This document shows positions 23,826 through 35,992 of a DNA stretch of 64,000 bases, piece after piece; within the stretch, counting starts at the first letter, position 1; the number at the start of each line of letters is the position of its first letter. Both the position numbers and the translations under genes were made by a program. This DNA comes from Eledone cirrhosa (lineage: Eukaryota), in assembly GCA_964016885.1 (NCBI GenBank), contig OZ024744.1, positions 134,912,001 through 134,976,000 of the forward strand, in the 5' to 3' direction. The notes under the pieces are model-generated. The model did no database searches. It was given only the letters and a program-made list of their open reading frames with translations, and was not told the origin of the DNA.

Positions 23826-24041
23826 AACCCCAACTTAACTTAACCCCAACTTAACTTAACCCCAACTTCACTCAACCCCAACGTAACTCAACCCCAACTT
23901 AACTTAACCCCAACTTCACTCAACCCCAACTTAACTTAACCCCAACTTCACTCAACCCCAACTTAAGTCAACCCCAACTTAACTTAACCCCAACTTGACT
24001 TAACCCCAACTTAACTTAGCCCCAACTTAACTTAAGCCCAA
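23826..24041 (-). repeat. Inverted satellite island 8 (type C, 216 bp)
   Basis: Same as island 7. Confidence 0.97.
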
Positions 24042-25216
24042 AGTCGGGGTTAAGTTAAGTTGGCGTTAAGTTAAGTTAGGCTTAACTTAAGTTGGGGGTA
24101 AGTTAAGTTGGGGGTAAGTTAAGTTGGGGTTATGTTAAGTTGCGGTTAAGTTGGGGTTAAGTTAAGTTAGGGTTAAGTTAAGTTGGCGTTGAGTTAAGTT
24201 GGGGTTAATTAAGTGGTGGTTATGTTAAGTTGGGGTTAATTTAAATTGGGGTGAAGTTAACTTTGTGGTTAAGTTAAGTAGGGGTTAAGTTAAGTTGGGG
24301 TTAAGTTGGGGTTGAGTTAAGTTGGGGTTGAGTGAAGTTGGGGTTAAGTTAAGTTGGGGTAAAGTTAAGTTGGGGTTAAGTTAAGTCGGGGTTAAGTTAA
24401 GTTGTGGTTGAGTTAAGTTGGGGTTAATTTAAGTTGGGGCTAAGTTAATTTGTGGTTAAGTTAAGTTGCAGTTAAGTTAAGTTGAGGTTAAGTTAAGTTG
24501 GGGTTAAGTTAAGTTGGGGTTAAGTTAAGTTGGGGTTCAGTTAAGTTGGGGTTAAGTTAAGTTGGGGTTAAGATGGGGTTAAATTAAGTTGGGGTTAAGT
24601 TAATTTAGGGTTAAGTTAAGTTGGGGTTAAGTTAAGTCGGGGTTAAGTTAAGTCGGGGTTAAGTTAAGTCGGGGTTAAGTTAAGTTAGGGTTCAGTTAAG
24701 TTGGGGTTAAGTTAAGTTGGGGTTGAGTTAAGTTGGGGTTGAGTTAAATTGGGGTTGAGTTAAGTTGGGGTTGAGTTAAGTTGGTGTTGAGTTAAGTTGG
24801 GGGTAAGTTAAGTTGGGGTTAAGTTAAGTTGCAGTTAAGTTAAGTTGAGGTTAAGTTAAGGTGCGGTTAAGTTAAGTTGGGGTTAAGTTAAGTTGGGGCT
24901 AAGTTAAGTTGGGGCTAAGTTAAGTTGGGGTTAAGTTAAGTTGGGGTTACGTTACGTTGGGGTTAAGTTAAGTTGGGGTTAATTTAAGTTGGGGTTAAGT
25001 TAAGTGGGGTTAAGTTAAGTTGGGGTTAAGTTAAGTTGGGGTTAAGTTAAGTTGGGTTTAAGTTAAGTTGGGGTTAAGTTAAGTTGGGGTCAAGTTAAGT
25101 TGGGGTTAAGTTAAGTTGGTTAGTTAAGTTGAGTTTAAGGTAAGTTGGTGTTAATTTAAGTTGGGGTTAAGTTAAGTTGGGGTTAAGTTAAGTTGGGGTT
25201 AAGTTAAGTTGGGGTT

Positions 25217-25427
25217 AACCCCAACTTAACTTAACCCCAACTTAACTTAACCCCAACTTCACTCAACCCCAACGTAACTCAACCCCAACTTAACTTAACC
25301 CAACTTCACTCAACCCCAACTTAACTTAACCCCAACTTCACTCAACCCCAACTTAAGTCAACCCCAACTTAACTTAACCCCAACTTGACTTAACCCCAAC
25401 TTAAGCCCCAACTTAACTTAAGCCCAA
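25217..25427 (-). repeat. Inverted satellite island 9 (type D, 211 bp)
   Basis: Type C minus one C (AACCCAAC) and minus 4 bp (AACTTAAGCCCC). Confidence 0.97.
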
Positions 25428-28400
25428 AGTCGGGGTTAAGTTAAGTTGGCGTTAAGTTAAGTTAGGCTTAACTTAAGTTGGGGGTAAGTTAAGTTGGGGG
25501 TAAGTTAAGTTGGGGTTAAGTTAAGTTGCGGTTAAGTTGGGGTTAAGTTAAGTTAGGGTTAAGTTAAGTTGGCGTTGAGTTAAGTTGGGGTTAATTAAGT
25601 GGTGGTTGTGTTAAGTTGGGGTTAATTTAAATTGGGGTGAAGTTAACTTTGTGGTTAAGTTAAGTTGGGGTTAAGTTAAGTTGGGGTTAAGTTGGGGTTG
25701 AGTTAAGTTGGGGTTGAGTGAAGTTGGGGTTAAGTTAAGTTGGGGTAAAGTTAAGTTGGGGTTAAGTTAAGTCGGGGTTAAGTTAAGTTGTGGTTGAGTT
25801 AAGTTGGGGTTAATTTAAGTTGGGGCTAAGTTAAGTTGGGGTTGAGTTAAGTTGGGGTTAAGTTAAGTTGGGGTCAAGTTAAGTTGGGGTTAAGTTGGGG
25901 TTAAGTTAAGTTAGGTTTAAGTTAAGTTGGGGTTAAGTTAAGTTGGGGTTAAGTTAAGTTGGGGTTAAGTTAAGTTGGGGTTAAGTTAAGTTGGGGTTAA
26001 GTTAATTTGTGGTTAAGTTAAGTTGGGGTTAAGTTAAGTTGGGGTTAAGTTAAGTTGTGGTTAAGTTAAGTCGGGGTTAAGTTAAGTTGGGGTTAAGTTA
26101 AGTTGGGGTTAATTTAAGTTGGGGTTAAGTTAAGTTGGGGTTAAGTTAAGTTGGGGTTAAGTTAAGTTGGGGTTAAGTTAAGTTGGGGTTAAGTTAAGTT
26201 GGGGATAATTTAAGTTGGGGTTAAGTTAAGTTTGGGTTTCAGTTAAGTTGGGGTTAAGTTAAGTTGGGGTTAAGTTAAGTTGGGGTTAAGTTAAGTTGGT
26301 TAGTTAAGTTGAGTTTAAGTTAAGTTGGGGTTAATTTAAGTTGGGGTTAACTTAAGCTGGGGTTAAGTTAAGTTGGGGTTAAGTTAAGTTGGGGTTAATT
26401 TAAGTTGGGGTTAAGTTAAGTTGCGGGTAATTTAAGTTGGGGTTAAGTTAAGTTGGGGTTAAGTTAAGTTGGGGTTAAGTTAAGTTGGGGTTAAGTTAAG
26501 TTGGGGCTAATTTAAGTGGGGGCTGAGTTAAGTTGGGGTTGAGTTAAGTTGGGGTTGAGTGAAGTTGGGGTTAAGTTAAGTTGGGGTAAAGTTAAGTTGG
26601 GGTTAAGTTAAGTCGGGGTTAAGTTAAGTTGTGGTTGAGTTAAGTTGGGGTTAATTTAAGTTGGGGCTAAGTTAATTTGTGGTTAAGTTAAGTTGGGGTT
26701 AAGTTAAGTTGGGGTTAAGTTAAGTTGGGGTTAAGTTAAGTTGCAGTTAAGTTAAGTTGAGGTTAAGTTAAGTTGGGGTTAAGTTAAGTTGGGGTTAAGT
26801 TAAGTTGGGGCTAAGTTAAGTTGGGGCTAAGTTAAGTTGGGGCTAAGTTAAGTTGGGGTTAAGTTAAGTTGGGGTTAAGTTAAGTTGGGGTTAATTTAAG
26901 TTGGGGTTAAGTTAAGTTGGGGTTAAGTTAAGTTGGTGTTAAATTAAGTTGGGGCTAAGTTAAGTTGGGGCTGAGTTAAGTTGGGGCTGAGTTAAGTTGG
27001 GGTTAAGTTAAGTTGGGGTTGAGTTAAGTTGGGGTTAAGTTAAGTTGGGGTCAAGTTAAGTTGGGGTTAAGTTAAGTTGGGGTTAAGTTAAGTTGGGGTT
27101 AAGTTAAGTCGGGGTTAAGTTAAGTTGGGGTTAAGTTAAGTTGGGGTTAATTTAAGTTGGGGTTAAGTTAAGTTGGGGTTAAGTTAAGTTGGGGTTAAGT
27201 TAAGTTGGGGTTAAGTTAAGTTGGGGATAATTTAAGTTGGGGTTAAGTTAAGTTTGGGTTTAAGTTAAGTTGGGGTTAAGTTAAGTTGGGGTTAAGTTAA
27301 GTTGGGGTTAAGTTAAGTTGGTTAGTTAAGTTGAGTTTAAGTTAAGTTGGGGTTAATTTAAGTTGGGGTTAAGTTAAGTCGGGGTTAATTTAAGTCGGGG
27401 TTAAGTTAAGTTAGGGTTCAGTTAAGTTGGGGTTAAGTTAAGTTGGGGTTGAGTTAAGTTGGGGTTGAGTTAAGTTGGGGTTGAGTTAATTTGGGGTTAA
27501 GTTGGGGTTAAGTTAAGTTGGGTTTAAGTTAAGTTGGGGGCAAGTTAAGTTGGGGTTAAATTAAGTTGGGGTTAAATTAAGTTGGGGTTAAGTTAAGTTG
27601 GGGGTAAGTTAAGTTGGGGCAAGTTAAGTTGGGGTTAATTTAAGTTGGGGTTCAATTAAGTTGGGGTTACGTTAAGTTGGTGTTAAGTTAAGTTGGGGTT
27701 AATTTAAGTTGGGGTTAATTAAGTTGGGGTTAAGTTAAGTTGGGGTTAAGTTAAGTTGGGGTTAATTTAAGTTGGGGTTGAGTTAAGTTGGGGTTAAGTT
27801 AAGTTGGGGTTATATTAAGTTGGGGTTAAGTTAAGTTGGGGTTCAGTTAAGTTGGGGATAAGTTAAGTTGGGGTTAAGTTAAGTTGGGGTTAATTAAGTT
27901 GGGGTTAAGTTAAGTTGGGGTTAAGTTAAGTTGGGGCTAAGTTAAGTTGGGGCTGAGTTAAGTTGGGGCTGAGTTAAGTTGGGGTTAAGTTAAGTTGGGG
28001 TTGAGTTAAGTTGGGGTTAAGTTAAGTTGGGGTCAAGTTAAGTTGGGGTTAAGTTGGGGTTAAGTTAAGTTAGGTTTAAGTTAAGTTGGGGTTAAGTTAA
28101 GTTGGGGTTAAGTTAAGTTGGGGTTAAGTTAAGTTGGGGTTAAGTTAATTTGTGGTTTAGTTAAGTTGGGGTTAAGTTAAGTTGGGGTTAAGTTAAGTTG
28201 GGGTTAAGTTAAGTCGGGGTTAAGTTAAGTTGGGGTTAAGTTAAGTTGGGGTTAAGTTAAGTTGGGGTTAAGTTAAGTTGGGGTTAAGTTAAGTTGAGGT
28301 TAAGTTAAGTTGGGGTTAAATTAAGTTGGGGTTAAGTTAAGTTGGGGTTAAGTTAAGTTGGGGTTAAGTTAAGTTGGGGATAAGTTAAGTTGGGGATAAT

Positions 28401-29160
28401 TTAAGTTGGGGTTAAGTTAAGTTGGGTTTAAGTTAAGTTGGGGTTAAGTTAAGTTGGGGATATGTTAAGTTGGGGTTAAGTTAAGTTTGGGTTAAGTTAA
28501 GTTGGGGTTAAGTTAAGTTGGGGCTAAGTTAAGTTGGGGCTGAGTTAAGTTGGGGTTAATTTAAGTTGGGGTTAAGTTAAGTTGGGATTAATTTAAGTTG
28601 GGGTTTATTTAAGTTGGGGTTAAGTTAAGTTGGGGTTCAGTTAAGTTGGGGTTAAGTTAATTTGGGGTTAAGATGGGGTTAAATTAAGTTGGGGTTAAGT
28701 TAAGTTGGGGTTAAGTTAAGTTGGGGTTAAGTTAAGTTGGGGTTAAGTTAAGTCGGGGTTAAGTTAAGTCGGGGTTAAGTTAAGTTAGGGTTCAGTTAAG
28801 TTGGGGTTAAGTTAAGTTGGGGTTGAGTTAAATTGGGGTTGAGTTAAGTTGGTGTTGAGTTAAGTTGGGGTTAAGTTAAGTTGGGGTTAAGTTAAGTTGC
28901 AGTTAAGTTAAGTTGAGGTTAAGTTAAGGTGCGGTTAAGTTAAGTTGGGGTTAAGTTAAGTTGGGGCTAAGTTAAGTTGGGGCTAAGTTAAGTTGGGGCT
29001 AAGTTAAGTTGGGGTTAAGTTACGTTGGGGTTAAGTTAAGTCAGGGTTAAGTTAAGTTGGGGTTAAGTTAAGTTGGGGTTAATTTAAGTTGGGGTTAAGT
29101 TAAGTTGGGGTTAAGTTAAGTTGGGGTTAAGTTAAGTTGGGGTTAAGTTAAGTTGGGGTT

Positions 29161-29376
29161 AACCCCAACTTAACTTAACCCCAACTTAACTTAACCCCAA
29201 CTTCACTCAACCCCAACGTAACTCAACCCCAACTTAACTTAACCCCAACTTCACTCAACCCCAACTTAACTTAACCCCAACTTCACTCAACCCCAACTTA
29301 AGTCAACCCCAACTTAACTTAACCCCAACTTGACTTAACCCCAACTTAACTTAGCCCCAACTTAACTTAAGCCCAA
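29161..29376 (-). repeat. Inverted satellite island 10 (type C, 216 bp)
   Basis: Same as island 7. Confidence 0.97.
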
Positions 29377-31106
29377 AGTCGGGGTTAAGTTAAGTTGGCG
29401 TTAAGTTAAGTTAGGCTTAACTTAAGTTGGGGGTAAGTTAAGTTGGGGGTAAGTTAAGTTGGGGTTAAGTTAAGTTGCGGTTAAGTTGGGGTTAAGTTAA
29501 GTTAGGGTTAAGTTAAGTTGGCGTTGAGTTAAGTTGGGGTTAATTAAGTGGTGGTTATGTTAAGTTGGGGTTAATTTAAATTGGGGTGAAGTTAACTTTG
29601 TGGTTAAGTTAAGTTGGGGTTAAGTTAAGTTGGGGTTAAGTTGGGGTTGAGTTAAGTTGGGGTTGAGTGAAGTTGGGGTTAAGTTAAGTTGGGGTAAAGT
29701 TAAGTTGGGGTTAAGTTAAGTCGGGGTTAAGTTAAGTTGTGGTTGAGTTAAGTTGGGGTTAATTTAAGTTGGGGCTAAGTTAATTTGTGGTTAAGTTAAG
29801 TTGGGGTTAAGTTAAGTTGGGGTTAAGTTAAGTTGGGGTTAAGTTAAGTTGCAGTTAAGTTAAGTTGAGGTTAAGTTAAGTTGGGGTTAAGTTAAGTTGG
29901 GGTTAAGTTAAGTTGGGGTTAAGTTAAGTTGAGGTTAAATTAAGTTGGGGTTAAGTTAAGTTGAGGTTAAGTTAAGTTGGGGTTGAGTTAAGTTGGGGTT
30001 AGTTGGGGTTAAGTTAAGTTAGGTTTAAGTTAAGTTGGGGTTAAGTTAAGTTGGGCTTAAGTTAAGTCGGGGTTAAGTTAAGTTGGGGTTAAGTTAAGTT
30101 GGGGTTAATTTAAGTTGGGGTTAAGTTAAGTTGGGGTTATGTTAAGTTGGGTTTAAGTTAAGTTGGGGTTAAGTTAAGTTGAGGTTAAATTAAGTTGGGG
30201 TTAAGTTAAGTTGAGGTTAAGTTAAGTTGGGGTTAAGTTAAGTTGGGGATAAGTTAAGTTGGGGATAATTTAAGTTGGGGTTAAGTTAAGTTGGGTTTAA
30301 GTTAAGTTGGGGTTAAGTTAAGTTGGGGTTAAGTTAAGTTGGGGTTAAGTTAAGTTGGGGTTAAGTTAAGTTGGGGCTAAGTTAAGTTGGGGCTGAGTTA
30401 AGTTGGGGTTAAGTTAAATTGGGGTTAAGTTAAGTTGGGGTTAAGTTAAGTTGGGGTTAAGTTAAGTTGGGGTTTATTTAAGTTGGGGTTAAGTTAAGTT
30501 GGGGTTCAGTTAAGTTGGGGTTCAGTTAAGTTGGGGTTAAGTTAAGTTGGGGTTAAAATGGGGTTAAATTAAGTTGGGGTTAAGTTAAGTTGGGGTTAAG
30601 TTAAGTTGGGGTTAAGCTAAGTTGGGGTTAAGTTAAGTCGGGGTTAAGTTAAGTCGGGGTTAAGTTAAGTTAGGGTTCAGTTAAGTTGGGGTTAAGTTAA
30701 GTTGGGGTTGAGTTAAGTTGGGGTTGAGTTAAGTTGGGGTTAAGTTAAGTTGGGGTTAAGTTAAGTTGCAGTTAAGTTAAGTTGAGGTTAAGTTAAGGTG
30801 CGGTTAAGTTAAGTTGGGGTTAAGTTAAGTTGGGGCTAAGTTAAGTTTGGGTTAAGTTAAGTCGGGGTTAAGTTAAGTTGGGGTTAAGTTAAGTTGGGGT
30901 TAATTTAAGTTGGGGTTAAGTTAAGTTGGGGTTAAGTTAAGTTGGGGTTAAGTTAAGTTGGGGTTGAGTTAAGTTGGGTTTAAGTTAAGTTGGGGTTAAG
31001 TTAAGTTGGTTAGTTAAGTTGAGTTTAAGTTAAGTTGGGGTTAATTTAAGTTGGGGTTAAGTTAAGTTGGGGTTAAGTTAAGTTGGGGTTAAGTTAAGTT
31101 GGGTTT

Positions 31107-31306
31107 AACCCCAACTTAACTTAACCCCAACTTCACTCAACCCCAACGTAACTCAACCCCAACTTAACTTAACCCCAACTTCACTCAACCCCAACTTAAC
31201 TTAACCCCAACTTCACTCAACACCAACTTAAGTCAACCCCAACTTAACTTAACCCCAACTTGACTTAACCCCAACTTAAATTAGCCCCAACTTAACTTAA
31301 GCCCAA
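31107..31306 (-). repeat. Inverted satellite island 11 (type B, 200 bp; paralog of island 5)
   Basis: GGGTTT|AACCCC, CAACACCAAC, AAATTAGCCC. Confidence 0.97.
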
Positions 31307-34300
31307 AGTCGGGGTTAAGTTAAGTTGGCGTTATGTTAAGTCAGGCTTAACTTAAGTTGGGGTTCAGTTAAGTTGGGGGTAAGTTAAGTTGCGGGTAAGT
31401 TAAGTTGGGGTTAAGTTAAGTTGCGGTTAAGTTGGGGTTAAGTTAAGTTAGGGTTAAGTTAAGTTGGGGTTGAGTTAAGTTGGGGTTAATTAAGTGGTGG
31501 TTATGTTAAGTTGGGGTTAATTTAAATTGGGGTTAAGTTAACTTTGTGGTTAAGTTAAGTTGGGGTTAAGTTAAGTTGGGGTTAAGTTGGGGTTGAGTTA
31601 AGTTGGGGTTGAGTGAAGTTGGGGTTAAGTTAAGTTGGGGTAAAGTTAAGTTGGGGTTAAGTTAAGTCGGGGTTAAGTTAAGTTGTGGTTGAGTTAAGTT
31701 GGGGTTAATTTAAGTTGGGGCTAAGTTAATTTGTGGTTAAGTTAAGTTGGGGTTAAGTTAAGTTCGGGTTAAGTTAAGTTGGGGTTGAGTTAAGTTGGGG
31801 TTGAGTTAAGTTGGGGTTAAGTTAAGTTGGGGTCAAGTTAAGTTGGGGTTAAGTTGGGGTTAAGTTAAGTTAGGTTTAAGTTAAGTTGGGGTTAAGTTAA
31901 GTTGGGGTTAAGTTAAGTTGGGGTTAAGTTAAGTTGGGGTTAAGTTAATTTGTGGTTAAGTTAAGTTGGGGTTAAGTTAAGTTGGGGTTAAGTTAAGTCG
32001 GGGTTAAGTTAAGTTGGGGTTAAGTTAAGTTGGGGTTAATTTAAGTTGGGGTTAAGTTAAGTTGGGGTTAAATTAAGTTGGGGTTAAGTTAAGTTGGGGT
32101 TAAGTTAAGTTGGTGTTAAGTTAAGTTGGGGCTAAGTTAAGTTGGGGCTGAGTTAAGTTGGGGCTGAGTTAAGTTGGGGCTAAGTTAAGTTGGGGTTGAG
32201 TTAAGTTGGGGTTAAGTTGGGGTTAAGTTAAGTTAGGTTTAAGTTAAGTTGGGGTTAAGTTAAGTTGGGGTTAAGTTAAGTTGGGGTTAAGTTAAGTTGG
32301 GGTTAAGTTAAGTTGGGGTTAAGTTAATTTGTGGTTAAGTTAAGTTGTGGTTAAGTTAAGTTGGGGTTAAGTTAAGTTGGGGTTAAGTTAAGTCGGGGTT
32401 AAATTAAGTTGGGGTTAAGTTAAGTTGGGGTTAATTTAAGTTGGGGTTAAGTTATGTTGGGGTTAAGTTAATTGGGGTTAAGTTAAGTTGGGGTTAAGTT
32501 AAGTTGAGGTTAAGTTAAGTTGGGGTTAAATTAAGTTGGGGTTAAGTTAAGTTGGGGTTAAGTTAAGTTGGGTTAAGTTAAGTTGGGGATAAGTTAAGTT
32601 GGGGATAATTTAAGTTGGGGTTAAGTTAAGTTGGGTTTAAGTTAAGTTGGGGTTAAGTTAAGTTGGGGCTAAGTTAAGTTGGGGCTAAGTTAAGTTGGGG
32701 TTAAATTAAGTTGGGGTTAAGTTAAGTCGGGGTTAAGTTAAGTTGGGGTTAAGTTGGGGTTAATTTAAGTTGGGGTTGAGTTAAGTTGGTGTTGAGTTAA
32801 GTTGGGGTTAAGTTAAGTTGGGGTTAAGTTAAGTTGCAGTTAAGTTAAGTTGAGGTTAAGTTAAGGTGCGGTTAAGTTAAGTTGGGGTTAAGTTAAGTTG
32901 GGGCTAAGTTAAGTTGGGGCTAAGTTACGTTGGGGTTAAGTTAAGTTGGGGTTAAGTTAAGTCGGGGTTAAGTTAAGTTGGGGTTAAGTTAAGTTGGGGT
33001 TAATTTAAGTTGGGGTTAAGTTAAGTTGGGGTTAATTTAAGTTGGGGTTGAGTTAAGTTGGGGTTAAGTTAAGTTGGGGTTATATTAAGTTGGGGTTAAG
33101 TTAAGTTGGGGTTCAGTTAAGTTGGGGTTAAGTTAAGTTGGGGCTAAGTTAAGTTGGGGCTGAGTTAAGTTGGGGCTGAGTTAAGTTGGGGCTAAGTTAA
33201 GTTGGGGTTGAGTTAAGTTGGGGTTAAGTTGGGGTTAAGTTAAGTTAGGTTTAAGTTAAGTTGGGGTTAAGTTAAGTTGGGGTTAAGTTAAGTTGGGGTT
33301 AAGTCAAGTTGGGGTTAAGTTAAGTTGGGGTTAAGTTAAGTTGGGGTTAAATTAAGTTGGGGTTAAGTTAAGTTGGGGTTAAGTTAAGTTGGGGTTAAGT
33401 TAAGTTGGGGCTAAGTTAAGTTGGGGCTGAGTTAAGTTGGGGCTGAGTTAAGTTGGGGCTAAGTTAAGTTGGGGTTGAGTTAAGTTGGGGTTAAGTTGGG
33501 GTTAAGTTAAGTTAGGTTTAAGTTAAGTTGGGGTTAAGTTAAGTTGGGGTTAAGTTAAGTTGGGGTTAAGTTAAGTTGGGGTTAAGTTAAGTTGGGGTTA
33601 AGTTAATTTGTGGTTAAGTTAAGTTGTGGTTAAGTTAAGTTGGGGTTAAGTTAAGTTGGGGTTAAGTTAAGTCGGGGTTAAATTAAGTTGGGGTTAAGTT
33701 AAGTTGGGGTTAATTTAAGTTGGGGTTAAGTTATGTTGGGGTTAAGTTAATTGGGGTTAAGTTAAGTTGGGGTTAAGTTAAGTTGAGGTTAAGTTAAGTT
33801 GGGGTTAAATTAAGTTGGGGTTAAGTTAAGTTGGGGTTAAGTTAAGTTGGGTTAAGTTAAGTTGGGGATAAGTTAAGTTGGGGATAATTTAAGTTGGGGT
33901 TAAGTTAAGTTGGGTTTAAGTTAAGTTGGGGTTAAGTTAAGTTGGGGCTAAGTTAAGTTGGGGCTAAGTTAAGTTGGGGTTAAATTAAGTTGGGGTTAAG
34001 TTAAGTCGGGGTTAAGTTAAGTTGGGGTTAAGTTAAGTTGGGGTTAATTTAAGTTGGGGTTGAGTTAAGTTGGTGTTGAGTTAAGTTGGGGTTAAGTTAA
34101 GTTGGGGTTAAGTTAAGTTGCAGTTAAGTTAAGTTGAGGTTAAGTTAAGGTGCGGTTAAGTTAAGTTGGGGTTAAGTTAAGTTGGGGCTAAGTTAAGTTG
34201 GGGCTAAGTTACGTTGGGGTTAAGTTAAGTTGGGGTTAAGTTAAGTCGGGGTTAAGTTAAGTTGGGGTTAAGTTAAGTTGGGGTTAATTTAAGTTGGGGT

Positions 34301-35792
34301 TAAGTTAAGTTGGGGTTAATTTAAGTTGGGGTTGAGTTAAGTTGGGGTTAAGTTAAGTTGGGGTTATATTAAGTTGGGGTTAAGTTAAGTTGGGGTTCAG
34401 TTAAGTTGGGGTTAAGTTAAGTTGGGGTTAAGTTAAGTTGGGGCTAAGTTAAGTTGGGGCTGAGTTAAGTTGGGGCTGAGTTAAGTTGGGGCTAAGTTAA
34501 GTTGGGGTTGAGTTAAGTTGGGGTTAATTTGGGGTTAAGTTAAGTTAGGTTTAAGTTAAGTTGGGGTTAAGTTAAGTTGGGGTTAAGTTAAGTTGGGGTT
34601 AAGTCAAGTTGGGGTTAAGTTAAGTTGGGGTGAAGTTAATTTGTGGTTAAGTTAAGTTGTGGTTAAGTTAAGTTGGGGTTAAGTTAAGTTGGGCTTAAGT
34701 TAAGTCGGGGTTAAGTTAAGTTGGGGTTAAGTTAAGTTGGGGTTAATTTAAGTTGGGGTTAAGTTAAGTTGGGGTTATGTTAAGTTGGGTTTAAGTTAAG
34801 TTGGGGTTAAGTTAAGTTGAGGTTAAGTTAAGTTGGGGTTAAATTAAGTTGGGGTTAAGTTAAGTTGGGGTTAAGTTAAGTTGGGGTTAAGTTAAGTTGG
34901 GGATAAGTTAAGTTGGGGATAATTTAAGTTGGGGTTAAGTTAAGTTGGGTTTAAGTTAAGTTGGGGTTAAGTTAAGTTGGGGTTAAGTTAAGTTGGGGTT
35001 AAGTTAAGTTGGGGTTAAGTTAAGTTGGGGCTAAGTTAAGTTGGGGCTGAGTTAAGTTGGGGTTAAGTTAAATTGGGGTTAAGTTAAGTTGGGGTTAAGT
35101 TAAGTTGGGGTTAAGTTAAGTTGGGGTTTATTTAAGTTGGGGTTAAGTTAAGTTGGGGTTCAGTTAAGTTGGGGTTCAGTTAAGTTGGGGTTAAGTTAAG
35201 TTGGGTTTAAGATGGGGTTAAATTAAGTTGGGGTTAAGTTAAGTTGGGGTTAAGTTAAGTTGGGGTTAAGCTAAGTTGGGGTTAAGTTAAGTCGGGGTTA
35301 AGTTAAGTCGGGGTTAAGTTAAGTTAGGGTTCAGTTAAGTTAGGGTTAAGTTAAGTTGGGGTTGAGTTAAGTTGGGGTTGAGTTAAGTTGGGGTTAAGTT
35401 AAGTTGGGGTTAAGTTAAGTTGCAGTTAAGTTAAGTTGAGGTTAAGTTAAGGTGCGGTTAAGTTAAGTTGGGGTTAAGTTAAGTTGGGGCTAAGTTAAGT
35501 TGGGGCTAAGTTAAGTTGGGGCTAAGTTAAGTTTGGGTTAAGTTAAGTCGGGGTTAAGTTAAGTTGGGGTTAAGTTAAGTTGGGGTTAATTTAAGTTGGG
35601 GTTAAGTTAAGTTGGGGTTAAGTTAAGTTGGGGTTAAGTTAAGTTGGGGTTGAGTTAAGTTGGGTTTAAGTTAAGTTGGGGTTAAGTTAAGTTGGTTAGT
35701 TAAGTTGAGTTTAAGTTAAGTTGGGGTTAATTTAAGTTGGGGTTAAGTTAAGTTGGGGTTAAGTTAAGTTGGGGTTAAGTTAAGTTGGGTTT

Positions 35793-35992
35793 AACCCCAA
35801 CTTAACTTAACCCCAACTTCACTCAACCCCAACGTAACTCAACCCCAACTTAACTTAACCCCAACTTCACTCAACCCCAACTTAACTTAACCCCAACTTT
35901 ACTCAACACCAACTTAAGTCAACCCCAACTTAACTTAACCCCAACTTGACTTAACCCCAACTTAAATTAGCCCCAACTTAACTTAAGCCCAA
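35793..35992 (-). repeat. Inverted satellite island 12 (type B, 200 bp; paralog of island 6)
   Basis: Shares private AACTTTACTC and downstream GTTAACTCAGG with island 6. Confidence 0.97.
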